A stretch of DNA of 64,000 bases from contig CAVYES010000002.1 of the NCBI GenBank assembly GCA_963767735.1, positions 64,001 to 128,000 on the forward strand, given 5' to 3'. The translations under genes were made by a program, and so were the position numbers. Below, piece by piece: positions 11,305 to 21,833 of this stretch. Within the stretch, counting starts at the first letter, position 1. The number at the start of each line of letters is the position of its first letter. The DNA comes from Candidatus Bathyarchaeota archaeon. Lineage in GTDB: Archaea; Thermoproteota; Bathyarchaeia; Bathyarchaeales; Bathycorpusculaceae. The notes beneath the pieces were generated by a model. The model was not told the DNA's origin, did not search any database, and was given only the letters and a program-made list of their open reading frames with translations.

Positions 11305-12553
11305 TTAATCAGTCTCCTGTGATATTCCTTGAGTACTCCAAAGCGACAGCTTCGCCAGGTACGCAATATTACCTACCATAACCTGCCGCTCGTCAGTTGC
11401 AACCCACGTCTGCCGCTGAGGGTTCCCCCCAAAGGTTACTGGAAAAGCAAGAGAACTTATGCCCCAAGGCATCATTACCACACCCCCCGTAGTGGAGCTG
11501 GCTTGATAGGTAATTATCAAAATACCAGTTGTGCTTGTTGGCATCGAAATTGGAAAAGGGTCAACGACGCCGGAAGTAACGGTTCCAACCAAACCTGGAG
11601 TGCTAGAAGAGCCAAGTGATAACTCATTAAGGGTGTTGTCTACTGCTGACATAACAAAGGTCGCGTTATATTCCAGGCTGGATCCAGCGAGGCCAGAGTT
11701 ATTTAGGTCGTAGTTGTGAGCTAACACAACTGCACGTGACCCCATATCTTGAACGATAGGAACAACATTCTGGTTGGTAATAGTGTCATGTGTAAAATAG
11801 CCTACTCCTTCAAGGCCATCCAATTGTGTATAGGCAATAAATGCGTAAACTTGATTTGCGTCGTCTGTCACACTGTTAAACGTTTTATAAGCTACACCCT
11901 GCGGATTAGTGGTAAGAACACCGTTTTGTATGGTATAAGATGGGTATTGAGCGGCATTTTGACCCAAGGTAACAATAATGAGACAGTAGTTTATGGAAGC
12001 TCCAGCAAACGGAAAGCCCGTTCCCATTGCACTTATGGTCAGATTTAATGGGGCGCCAGCTTGATTTGCCGTGATATCCGCAATGGTTACATTGATGTCT
12101 GGAGTAAGTGAGAGTTGGAAGCCGTATATGTTGTTTATTCCGAGCAGTGCCAGCGCTGCGGAATAGTTAAGGGCTTGAGCGGTAGGTGTCAGCAAAAATG
12201 CTCCAGGTCCAGAAGTTAGCTCGTTGTAGTATAGTTAGATTGTCGTATTCGATAAGGTTTCCCGTTACTGAACTTAACCGCATAAGTGAAAAGGCACTTA
12301 GCTGATACTCTGTGAACTCGGGGTCCTGTACTCCAAAACTTGTTGGTGCAGAACTTTCTTGTCCCCAGTTGCTGGGACTCCCAGGATTAAGCAACATGTT
12401 ATCAAGGAGGTCGCTGCATTTCGTGGAGACAGCTTGGTTCTGCTGATAGGTTACTGCTGGTTGAACGATTTGACCAAAGAGACCAACAAAGAGCATTATC
12501 GCCGCTAAGAAAATGATTATTGAAACTATGTGGTCTACAGATACGCCCGACAT
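11305..12553 (-). CDS. Pilin-like protein, split by a frameshift near 12230
   Basis: N-terminal SVDHIVSIIIFLAAI and LLNPGSPSNWG...FG motif; after a frame change it continues as YYNELTSGPGAFLLTPT into ORF 11305..12195. Confidence 0.7.
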
Positions 12554-12566
12554 ATTTTATCCCCAT

Positions 12567-13034
12567 TTATGTTCCGAACGAAAGCTGGATAACTTGATCT
12601 GGAAATTTCTCGGCGATTATACAGACTGATGACGAGTCGCTCGTGAATGTCGATTTTACCCATTTGACGTTTTGCCCCAGCGTGACCAATGTGGAGGTTG
12701 AGATGTTTGTACCTACGAGTCTGAGGGTAACATCCAGAACTGGGCTGGAATTTGACCCAGTTTGCAAAGTAGCATTCCCTGTGTAGGCGTAGCCATCTAT
12801 CAAAGGCTGAGGACCAAGGTTGTTTGTGAGTGTGGAGCTGACAATAGAGGTATGGTTAAGGGAAAGATAGACCTGTTCGATACTGCTACTCAAATAGCTG
12901 GCGGCTTCCTGAAGCGCAAGCGACTTCTGATCATTGACATATTGAGTCATTACTACATTGACAAACATCGGAAACAGGAAAATTTGAAGAATCAAAACCG
13001 GAATCAAAATCATATATTCAACAGTAACTTCCAT
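12567..13034 (-). CDS. Small pilin-like protein
   Basis: EVTVEYMILIPVLILQIFLFP pilin-type N-terminal helix; GGTGA SD upstream. Confidence 0.75.
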   Translation of the reverse strand: MEVTVEYMILIPVLILQIFLFPMFVNVVMTQYVNDQKSLALQEAASYLSSSIEQVYLSLNHTSIVSSTLTNNLGPQPLIDGYAYTGNATLQTGSNSSPVLDVTLRLVGTNISTSTLVTLGQNVKWVKSTFTSDSSSVCIIAEKFPDQVIQLSFGT

Positions 13035-13052
13035 CCATAATTCACCAGCATC

Positions 13053-13904
13053 TTATCCGCTTAATCCCAACGAAACCGACACGTCACCCACGTACAACTC
13101 AACAGTTGAGGAAGCAAAAGTCTCTGTTACGGTATATTGACCATTTGTGAGTGTGTTTTTAAATGGAAAGAACCCCGAATTGAAACCTTGAGAAGCTAGG
13201 GGAAATGTTACGGTGAACCGAACTCCAGTTACTCCGCTTTGAACATACGAAGTAACGGATTGACCAGCCAATGTGACTGATTGGGATAGACCCAAGTTTG
13301 TCCCGCTCTTAAGCAGCGGCAGGTAAAACTCTACATAGCTCTGGGAGCCCACCATAGTGTTTAACATCCTAATAGTGGGAACAGCTACTACGCGAATGAA
13401 GTTTCCATCGCTCATAGGAAGTTTCTCAATTGTGTACACGTCACTCACAGGCGCAGAGGAACCTTCTTGCAAAAATGAACCGTTCGAAGAAAGCTGGTGC
13501 ACAAAATTATTGCCTAACGTATACTCGTTTGTAGGCATATTAAACAGAATTATGCCTGTTTGCAAAGACATGTTAACTGTTTCCCAGACTGAGCCTTCCT
13601 TGATTTGCATGGTATAGCTCACTGGTTGAGACGCAGTGTTAGTTTTATTCCAAAGGAATTCTAAACTTCCATAGGTGGTCGTATAAGTTATTGTTTGGGT
13701 TCTACCCATTGTCCATGCGACATTGTCGATTTGAAGGCCTGTTGTTGACATGAACTGCTGGTTAGTGTTAAAGTCGTTTTGAGCCATGCTTGAGCTTAGA
13801 TAAGTTTGTGCATATGACATCGCAACTATAACCAGGACGATGATGGCGCCGGTCATGATAACCATGGAGATGGCTGGGCTAATCGCTCGGTTATCGCTAT
13901 GCAA
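13053..13904 (-). CDS. Archaeal type IV pilin-like protein with class III signal peptide
   Basis: NRA|ISPAISMVIMTGAIIVLV matches the [KR][GA]|[hydrophobic]SP class III pattern. Confidence 0.85.
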   Translation of the reverse strand: MHSDNRAISPAISMVIMTGAIIVLVIVAMSYAQTYLSSSMAQNDFNTNQQFMSTTGLQIDNVAWTMGRTQTITYTTTYGSLEFLWNKTNTASQPVSYTMQIKEGSVWETVNMSLQTGIILFNMPTNEYTLGNNFVHQLSSNGSFLQEGSSAPVSDVYTIEKLPMSDGNFIRVVAVPTIRMLNTMVGSQSYVEFYLPLLKSGTNLGLSQSVTLAGQSVTSYVQSGVTGVRFTVTFPLASQGFNSGFFPFKNTLTNGQYTVTETFASSTVELYVGDVSVSLGLSG

Positions 13905-13955
13905 AGCTTTTCTTCTGCGTTGGTTGTCGTTAAGTATCGTTTTCCTTCTCTCCTA

Positions 13956-15681
13956 TCAAATTTTAACGAACATTGGAATGAGTTTCGCACATAAACAGGC
14001 AATTACAACAAGAATAGCTGAATGCTTGAATCCTGCAGAGATTGATTCCTCACTTATTTTCCCCGCCACAATTCCAATAACATAACTGTTGAAGATAACT
14101 GCGGTCATGAATACCGTTTGCATCATGCCTTTGCTTGCTGCAGCTGTGCTTGAGACGCTTGCGCCTGTTACGCCGAAGCCTGATGTAAAACTCATCATCA
14201 TCACAGTTGTTGCCACAAGCAAAATTGACGCCAAATAAGGCATCATCACGTAGGGACGAACGGACATTTTCTTTTCTTTGTCCACTTCCGCCGTCAAACT
14301 GTTAAAGCGTGCCAAGGATTCAATCATTGCAATGGTGCCTCCGCCAACATCTATGGTTTCAACCAAGAGAAACATGACTATTTGCACCATCCAACTGCGC
14401 GTGCGATGGAGAAAATCCATCATGACCCGCTTGAGCGGGATACCCCAAGAAATGTCGGAGCTGATTTTACGAAGTTCTTTGCTGAAATGCTCCATAGTCT
14501 CTTGTGGATAGGCTTTCGATGCATTTTTCCGGTGACAAACCTGTTTTTCGCACTTCCGTGAGGTCTCTGAGAAAACTGGTTATTCCCGCTTCCATACTAC
14601 TCTTAGCTTTAGCCAATTTCATGTCCACCATGGCAGCCGGCGCAACAGAAATAAACAATGCAACGGCCAGGGCTATGGATAAATCAAGACCCCAAGATTG
14701 CAAGGTGCTGAAGAAGGGAAGATGGGTTGCTCCCATGAAGTTCGTGAGCAATAAGAATACGATGACGCCTATAACGCTGGATACCCCATAAACTTTGTAG
14801 GGGCGCATTTCCACTATCGGCGTCTTCGGCTGCAAACTATGTGCTAGATAGACGAATACGACTGCGAGCATCGGTGAGAAAAGGTAAGTGTACATCAGTA
14901 TACCTGAGTACGTGGATAAGCTGCTGCTGGTGCTGCTCCCTGTTTGAATATTCTGTACAGCGAAAAGTATGTAAAAACAAAGCGACATCATGACCATAAC
15001 GATGATGAAGGTTTCAAGTAGCATTCCAAGACGTTCAGCAGCGGCTTTAACGCGGAGCGCACGGGATTTGAAGATATCTTCTGCTTTCCGCTCAAGGAAA
15101 TGTCCGATGTCGCCGCCGATGATAACAGTTGAAGCGTAACCACTCAGAAAATCTTTGAATATGTCCAGCGGAACTTTTCTTGCAGCCCCTTCGAGAGCTG
15201 ATAGTGGATCAACACCAAACAATTCAACATCTTTCATTAAGTCTTGTGCTTCTTTGCGCATTGCAGGCATAAGGTCCACTTGTGATAGCCGTTTGAAGCT
15301 GGTGTATGGTGCAATGCCGCCGGCAGCCATAACGCTAATGTACGCTGCCGCAAAAGGTATTTCCCTCTCTAAGTTTGCCGACCGTTCGCTGGCGTTATTC
15401 GAAGGTATAACCATGAACCCAGCGACAACAAAAAGCGGAGTTGGCACCAAGATAAGCAGAGGTAGAAATCGGGTGAGCAAAACAAGCACTATACCCAGCG
15501 CTGAAACTGGTAGAGTGAGCAGGGCAGTGAAGATCATCATTGAAAGGTAAGTTTCAGGGTAAATTTTTACCCGCCCCTTTTCTAAGGGAGCTTTAAGGTG
15601 GAAAACATTATTCAGAAAATATGGTGTAAAACGCCCGAAGAGGCGATAAGACAGGGCTTCAAATTTCTCTAGAAACGGCAA
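13956..15681 (-). CDS. Type IV pilus membrane platform protein (TadC/ArlJ, two T2SSF domains), split by a +1 frameshift near 14486
   Basis: EIPFAAAYISVMAAGG and FLRDLTEVRKTGLSPE T2SSF repeats; removing one T restores RDYGAFSKELRKISSDISWG. Confidence 0.88.
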
Positions 15682-17398
15682 CAGCTTTTACCTCCTCGTT
15701 TGCTCGGATTTTTTGGTAGAATTCTTTGGGTCTTGCGTAGTATTCTGCAATTATTGATGCTACCTCCTTGTAGCTTCTGATTTTTTGTTGCCGCATCCAA
15801 TGCAGAACGTAACTGCGTCTTTTCATTTCTTCAAGTAATTCGTCTGTTGATATACCCGACCGTTTAGCAATAGATGGTAACAACGCGCTATTTTCCAAAG
15901 ACGCTATTTGCACGTCGGCGTTTGGATCCCACTTGTAGATACTTTGATAATTTTCAAACCCTACTATTTCGCTTGTTGCTAGCATACGCCTGTAAGCCTT
16001 CTTTACGCCGTTCTTGACAAGGTGCACACGCTGCACGGAAATAATCACGTTCATCAATGGAATATAGGCGGGAGAAATTTCCATGGGTTTCTGGGTTAAC
16101 CGTTTTACTGCTGTATCCACGTTCTCAGCGTGCATAGTAGCCATGCCGCCGTGGCCTGTAGCTAAGGCTTGGAAGAGAACGTATGCTTCTTGACCTCTAA
16201 TTTCGCCTACGATTAACATATCAGGGCGGTGACGCATTGAAGCTTTTACAAGGTCAAAGAGTGGCACTTCGCCGACGCTGCTTCCGCCTAAACCGTAACT
16301 TTGCCGTGAAATAAGTGAAACCCAGTTTTCAGCGGACAGGTTTAACTCAGCGGTTTCTTCAATTGTGATAATTTTGCTTCCGGGCTTAATTAGACAGGCC
16401 ATGGCATTTAACGCGGTAGTTTTGCCTGCTGCTGTTCCGCCCAAAATCATGATGGAAGCGCGGTTTTCCAAGCAAATCCAAAGGTAAGCCGCCAGTTCCT
16501 CAGTGAACGTGCCTATGTTGATCAAATCTATTATTGAGTACGGGTCATCTCGGAACTTTCGGATCGTGAAAGCGGTTCCGAACGGTGTAATCTCTCGCCT
16601 ATAACAAACAGCTAACCTGTGTTTACCAGGAAGGGAAGCGTCAACTATTGGAAAAGCGGAGCTGACGTGTTTTCCCGCCATGTGAACAAGTTTAACCACC
16701 ATGTTATCGAGGACCTCATCGCTTTCAAATTGAACGTTAGTTTCTATGCTTTCGAAGGTTCGGTGCCAAACGTAAACCGGCCTATTTACTCCGTCGCAGG
16801 AAATATCTTCTATGTTTGGGTCCCGCATCAACGAATCGATTTTGCCAAAGCCGACGAGATCACGTTCCGCATGGTAGATGATTTTGTACCATGAAACATC
16901 AGGTAACCAGCCGAGACTAATGCGGTATTTATCCACTATTTTTTTTGCTTCTTGAGCGAAGAATTTTCTTGGGTCTTTTATTTGCTCTTTTGGTGACTCA
17001 ATTTCAGCGAGCAGGATTTCCAGGATACGATTGTATATTCCTCGTTCCAGTGGGTCAAGCTGTAGCTCATCAAGAACATATTTGAATTCGCCTGTTTTGG
17101 GGTCTTGTGCTATTACAACCTGAGAGAAAGGCTCATACAACGGGTACTTGTCAGCTATTTTGACTCCTTTTGGCAGGGATTTGACCACAGGAGCAACTTC
17201 TGGCTCTGGCAGTTTCTTTTTAGAACCTAAATTGATTTTTGGAAATTTGAATCTTTTATTAGTGCTTGTTTTGCTTTCTGTTGATGTCTTGTTTTCTGGG
17301 GTTTTTTTGCTGGGGGTTTTGTTTGCTTTTTGAGGGAAACGTAGCTTGGCGATGGATGCTTTGAATTTTTGTTTTATGCTTTTGGTTTGCTCTGGCAT
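15659..17398 (-). CDS. Type II/IV secretion ATPase (ArlI/TadA/VirB11 family)
   Basis: IEDISCDG, Walker A GGTAAGKTT, TIEETAEL, RHRPDMLIVGEIRG, His box GHGGMATMHA; Lys-rich N-terminal extension. Confidence 0.95.
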   Translation of the reverse strand: MPEQTKSIKQKFKASIAKLRFPQKANKTPSKKTPENKTSTESKTSTNKRFKFPKINLGSKKKLPEPEVAPVVKSLPKGVKIADKYPLYEPFSQVVIAQDPKTGEFKYVLDELQLDPLERGIYNRILEILLAEIESPKEQIKDPRKFFAQEAKKIVDKYRISLGWLPDVSWYKIIYHAERDLVGFGKIDSLMRDPNIEDISCDGVNRPVYVWHRTFESIETNVQFESDEVLDNMVVKLVHMAGKHVSSAFPIVDASLPGKHRLAVCYRREITPFGTAFTIRKFRDDPYSIIDLINIGTFTEELAAYLWICLENRASIMILGGTAAGKTTALNAMACLIKPGSKIITIEETAELNLSAENWVSLISRQSYGLGGSSVGEVPLFDLVKASMRHRPDMLIVGEIRGQEAYVLFQALATGHGGMATMHAENVDTAVKRLTQKPMEISPAYIPLMNVIISVQRVHLVKNGVKKAYRRMLATSEIVGFENYQSIYKWDPNADVQIASLENSALLPSIAKRSGISTDELLEEMKRRSYVLHWMRQQKIRSYKEVASIIAEYYARPKEFYQKIRANEEVKAVAVSREI

Positions 17399-17604
17399 AT
17401 TGATCGTATTTAGGATTCATTCAAAACGCTTATTAAATATTGTGTCTCACTACTCTGTATTGTTGAGATGCTGAACACAAATACACCAACAAGCAAGAGC
17501 AATCATCATTCACCGTCATAAAGCTGCATATTCAACACGGCAAACTTACACTTAGCGGAACATAACAGTATTATTCGTGCGTGACCCTTGATTTTTTAAG
17601 AAAA

Positions 17605-18111
17605 TTATGGCGTAGCGTAGATGTAGATTGGATATAGGTTATCTTGGTCTGTTTTGATCGGAGTCCACTTTTTAATTTGGTGAACGCAGGAAACGATTAT
17701 GGTTCCTTTTTGTAATTCTTTCTCTGCAATCTTATTCATTAAACTACCTGAGAGGTAACAGAGCAGGACATCGGCTTTTGTTAAGTTAACGTCAAGCAGG
17801 TTGTCTTTTATGCACGTAACACAGTCCAGTTTCTTTTTGCTGATTTCCCGTTTAATCCACCATGCTTTGAATGGATCTGCTTCTACGGCAACTACTTTTG
17901 CGCCTGACTCGGCAGTTTTGAAAGCGATGTTTCCATATCCTGCACCTAAATCGAAAACAAGCTTGCGGCTGTCCAAATTTGCTAACTCAAGCATTCGCTT
18001 AACCCTCCGCTCAGGCAACGGCATCCACATAGCTCCGTAGATGTACCCTCCGAAGATGATGAAATAAATTAATCCAACACATAAGGCGAATAATATCAAA
18101 TCAATATTCAA
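17605..18111 (-). CDS. Membrane-anchored class I SAM-dependent methyltransferase
   Basis: N-terminal TM helix, GAMWMP, motif I VFDLGAGYG, acidic VEAD, ADVLLCYL. Confidence 0.85.
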   Translation of the reverse strand: MNIDLILFALCVGLIYFIIFGGYIYGAMWMPLPERRVKRMLELANLDSRKLVFDLGAGYGNIAFKTAESGAKVVAVEADPFKAWWIKREISKKKLDCVTCIKDNLLDVNLTKADVLLCYLSGSLMNKIAEKELQKGTIIVSCVHQIKKWTPIKTDQDNLYPIYIYATP

Positions 18112-18608
18112 GTTGGTAAACCACCGACTCCTCCATTGCTCCTTCCAACAAACATTTCAAGCTTGGAACGCCTCATAATTAACCCGCCTTATTGGTAAAC
18201 TAAAAAGAGAAATAACAATTTGTGCGTAGGAAAAAACATAACCATTTGAAGCAATCAATGCTAGATGTTAATTTTGATAAGGCTCCCCCTCTGCATGATG
18301 TTGAGGCCCATTTTTGCTCTCATGTCTGATCCTGGATAAGGGCAAATTTGAACCGTGCATTCAGAACCTAAGCCGAGAGTTTGCCAATAATCTTGGAAAA
18401 TTTCCTGGATTGGGGGAAGGCAAAGTTAGCGAGCACCGGGAGCGGGTTAATAGTTCGCGGTTTTATAGAGTCTTAAAAGCGTTGCCCGTGACACTCTATG
18501 AATGTAGCATTAGAAACTTGACATGCCGAAAAGCATCAGATCAGCAAAACAATTTTAAACCAGTAAAAAAAATGACATACTCAGCCACATTAACAGAAGG
18601 ATTGTAAC

Positions 18609-19304
18609 TTGGAACAAACCTCAAAAATCATCAAACAAGCAGAAAAAGAAGGCAGAAAAGCGCTTCTTGAACCAGAAGCAAAAGCCATCTGCATGGAATA
18701 CGGCATCCCAGTCACCAAATTCAAAGTAGCATTAAACGAAAAAGAAGCAGCAAAATACGCTGACGAAATCGGTTACCCAGTTGTATTAAAAATTGTTTCA
18801 GCGGACATAATTCACAAATCCGACGCTGGAGGCGTCATGGTTAACCTGAAAAACGCCGCGGACATCAGTGGTGCCTACAATAAAATCTTGGAAAACATTA
18901 AAAAATACAAGTCAGATGCAAAAATCGCGGGTGTTTTGGTGCAGGAAATGGCGCCTCAATCAACCGAAGTTATCGTGGGAGCCATCAAAGACCCGCAGTT
19001 TGGGCAGACATTGATGTTCGGTTTAGGCGGGATATTTGTTGAAATCCTCAAGGACGTAAACTTCAGAATTGCGCCCTTAACTGCCGATGATGCGAGGGAC
19101 ATGATTACTGAACTTAAGGCTTATCCGCTTCTGAAAGGTTACAGAAACACGCCGCCCGCAGACATCGATGCCCTAGTAAAAATACTATGCAACACTTCAC
19201 GCCTCGTCATGGATAACCCTGAAATCAAAGAGCTAGACCTAAACCCAGTGATGGCTTACCAGAGTGGCGCAAAAACAGTCGACGCAAGAATAATACTCGA
19301 ATAA
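18609..19304 (+). CDS. acdB: Acetate--CoA ligase (ADP-forming) beta subunit (ATP-grasp)
   Basis: IGYPVVLKIVSADIIHKSDAGGV, DPQFGQTLMFGLGGIFVE, ELDLNP, VDARI. Confidence 0.93.
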   Translation: MEQTSKIIKQAEKEGRKALLEPEAKAICMEYGIPVTKFKVALNEKEAAKYADEIGYPVVLKIVSADIIHKSDAGGVMVNLKNAADISGAYNKILENIKKYKSDAKIAGVLVQEMAPQSTEVIVGAIKDPQFGQTLMFGLGGIFVEILKDVNFRIAPLTADDARDMITELKAYPLLKGYRNTPPADIDALVKILCNTSRLVMDNPEIKELDLNPVMAYQSGAKTVDARIILE

Positions 19305-19406
19305 TCCTTACTTTCTAATCAATTAAGTAAAAAATTTACTTTTTTTTCTATACATTGCCAATGCATAACTATAATAGATTCAAACGCCTTCACGAAAACG
19401 GTAGAA

Positions 19407-20510
19407 ATGAGCCAAACCTCTGAATCTGAAGAGAATTTAAACTTAAACATTAATAAAATAGTTAACGATGCCCTGAAAATTTTCTTCAAAGATGCCGTGA
19501 GAATTGCCCTCACAAGCCCTTCCCAATCGGTTTTCTTTTTGCGAACACTTAGATGGCAAAATAAAGCGACTAAAACGAGGCAGAAGCTGGAACTTCAAGG
19601 GCTCCACGTTCCGCCAATCTTGGTTATAAGCGTTACCAGCAAATGCAACCTGCATTGCGCAGGCTGCTATCACCATGCATTAAGAAGCAAGCCTGATGCC
19701 GAAATGAGTGATGAACGCATTGAGCGGCTTGTGGATGAGGCAAAAGAACTTGGTATATCGTTTATTGTGCTCGCAGGCGGAGAGCCTCTCATGCGCCCCA
19801 ACATACTGGACATTTCTAAGCAAACTCCCGAGATAATGTTTCTAATGTTCACAAACGGGCTACTGTTAAACGAGCAGGTGCTGGAGCGAATGGCTTCAAA
19901 CAAAAACATCGTTCCGCTTCTCAGCCTGGAAGGTTACCAAATTGACACGGATGGCAGACGCGGCACAGGAGTATACGATCAACTTCTCAAATCAATAGGA
20001 AAACTGAAAAACAAAGGCCTCTTCTGGGGAACAACGTTAACTATGACAAGGACCAACTTTGACGAGGTAACTGACGACGCTTTTATCAAGCAGCTTGTTG
20101 ATTCCGGATGCAAATTCTTCATGATGGTCGAGTACACACCCGTAATTGCTGGAACGGAAGATTGGGTCCTCTCAGAAGAACAAAAATCAAAGGTAATAAC
20201 GATACGAAATGCGTTCCGCAAAAAATACAAAGCCTTATTCATCGCATTGCCCTGGGATGAAGACGAGATCGGCGGGTGCCTCTCGGCTGGACGAGGATTC
20301 ATACATGTCAGCTCAGAAGGAAACGTTGAACCATGCCCATTCATCGCCTACTCAGACACCAACCTCAAAAACATACCGCTCAGAGAAGCTCTGCAATCAA
20401 AAATGCTCAAAACCATACGAGAAAACCACGCAGAACTAAAAGAAATACACGGCTGCGCTCTTTGGGAAAAACGCGAATGGGTTGAATCACTAGCCAAAAA
20501 CAAGCAATAA
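19407..20510 (+). CDS. Radical SAM protein with SPASM/twitch domain
   Basis: CNLHCAGC cluster motif, GGEP, GCLSAG...PCPF...GC auxiliary cysteines. Confidence 0.92.
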   Translation: MSQTSESEENLNLNINKIVNDALKIFFKDAVRIALTSPSQSVFFLRTLRWQNKATKTRQKLELQGLHVPPILVISVTSKCNLHCAGCYHHALRSKPDAEMSDERIERLVDEAKELGISFIVLAGGEPLMRPNILDISKQTPEIMFLMFTNGLLLNEQVLERMASNKNIVPLLSLEGYQIDTDGRRGTGVYDQLLKSIGKLKNKGLFWGTTLTMTRTNFDEVTDDAFIKQLVDSGCKFFMMVEYTPVIAGTEDWVLSEEQKSKVITIRNAFRKKYKALFIALPWDEDEIGGCLSAGRGFIHVSSEGNVEPCPFIAYSDTNLKNIPLREALQSKMLKTIRENHAELKEIHGCALWEKREWVESLAKNKQ

Positions 20511-20687
20511 TACACAACCGTATCTGTTAATTTGGGATTTCGAGCGGCCAATCTACCCCCCGGTCTGCTAGATGCTCCTATTAGACGCCAAACATGATTC
20601 AACATACTTCAACATAGAAAGAAGTCTGCGCACTTTCAACATGAAACAGTGCTTTTTATTATAGAAAATAAAGCGTTTGCTTAGAAA

Positions 20688-20860
20688 TTATGTTTCACTA
20701 TCTCGGTTCTTTAATTCAGTATGGATAATGCTCAGCAACTTTTCAGGATTAACTGGTTTTCCAACAAAAACATCTGCTCCTTCAACGCTGCCCTGCAGCC
20801 AAGTTTTACCCGTAAGCTTACCTTCAAAGTTTTAGGCGATGAATTATTAATTAATGGAAA
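20688..20860 (-). pseudogene. Remnant of a response-regulator receiver domain
   Basis: Manual reading gives PLINNSSPKTLKV/(M)LTGKTWLQGSVEGADVFVGKPVNPEKLLSIIHTELKNRDSET*, with receiver LTG and GAD...KP motifs. One frameshift, an upstream stop and no N-terminal half. Confidence 0.65.
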
Positions 20861-20960
20861 AATGCTCTAACTACCTGATGAGGCGCTCAATCTCGAGTTA
20901 CAGATTCAAAGCTTAAATGGAACAACCCGCATTTTCACTTCCAAAAGAGGAACAAATCAG

Positions 20961-21833
20961 TTGGCTAACCAAAAAATAAGCGAAGGCGACTACGTGCTAA
21001 TCTACCTAGATGCGCGCAGAACTTACATGATAAAAATGCAGGCAGGACAAACCTTCCACACGCATAAGGGCTACTTGAAGCTTGACGAGTTAATCGGCAA
21101 AGAATACGGCGAACCCATCAAAAGCAGCCTAGGCATCTACTTCACCACGCTAAAACCCGCGTTGACAGATTACATAATGAAGTCCTCTCGCAATACCCAA
21201 ATCATTTACCCGAAAGACGCCGCCTTAATTGTCATGTTCAGTGGCATCGGACCCGGAAGTCGAGTGGTGGAGTCTGGCACTGGAACAGGCTCATTAACTA
21301 CAACCCTCGCACATTATGTTGGTCCAACTGGAAAAGTTTACACTTACGAACTACGTAACGAATTTCAAAAGAACGCAGCCAAAAACCTCGAACGCTCAAA
21401 ACTCATCGGTTACGTTGAAATGAAAAGCGGAGATGTAACGTTAGGAATTGAAGAGCGCGATGTGGATGCGGTTATTTTGGATTTGGCTACTCCATGGCTT
21501 GTGATACCGCACGCTTACGAAGCACTCAAGCCCTCAGGCATAATTGTCTCGTTCAGCCCCACCATTGATCAAGTCGTGAAAACCACGGAAGCGCTAAGAG
21601 AAAACTGTTTTGTTTTCATAGAAACCGTTGAGTGCTTGATGCGTGCAATGCAGATTGAACGGGGAAAAACAAGACCTCAAACGCTAATGACGGGACACAC
21701 CGGATACATTACTCATGCGAGAAAAATCCTCAAACCCCCTCAGCAACAGAAACCAGTCGTAGAACAGGAACAACCCATAGAAACAGAGGAGAAACAAGAA
21801 GCAGCCGAGGAAGTTGCTGCTGAATTAACTTGA
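20961..21833 (+). CDS. trmI: tRNA (adenine-57/58-N1)-methyltransferase
   Basis: TQIIYPKD, VVESGTGTGSLT, LDLATPW, SPTIDQV, HTGYI; acidic C-terminal tail. Confidence 0.95.
   Translation: MANQKISEGDYVLIYLDARRTYMIKMQAGQTFHTHKGYLKLDELIGKEYGEPIKSSLGIYFTTLKPALTDYIMKSSRNTQIIYPKDAALIVMFSGIGPGSRVVESGTGTGSLTTTLAHYVGPTGKVYTYELRNEFQKNAAKNLERSKLIGYVEMKSGDVTLGIEERDVDAVILDLATPWLVIPHAYEALKPSGIIVSFSPTIDQVVKTTEALRENCFVFIETVECLMRAMQIERGKTRPQTLMTGHTGYITHARKILKPPQQQKPVVEQEQPIETEEKQEAAEEVAAELT

Noticed and set aside
517-15681. Programmed frameshifting or phase variation at the split genes
   Set aside because: No shared slippery heptamer or long homopolymer/SSR at the break points; sequencing error is more parsimonious.
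17480-17545. C-box ATGATGA on the minus strand upstream of the pilus ATPase
   Set aside because: No acceptable D box at the expected distance.
18300-18480. Possible tRNA or structured RNA (GGTTCAAAT on the minus strand; GGCAAA/TTTGCC stem) and ORF 18314..18607
   Set aside because: No T-stem or cloverleaf can be built, and the ORF has no recognisable motif.
18609-19304. acdB without an adjacent alpha subunit as a novelty
   Set aside because: Unlinked ACD alpha and beta genes are common in archaea.
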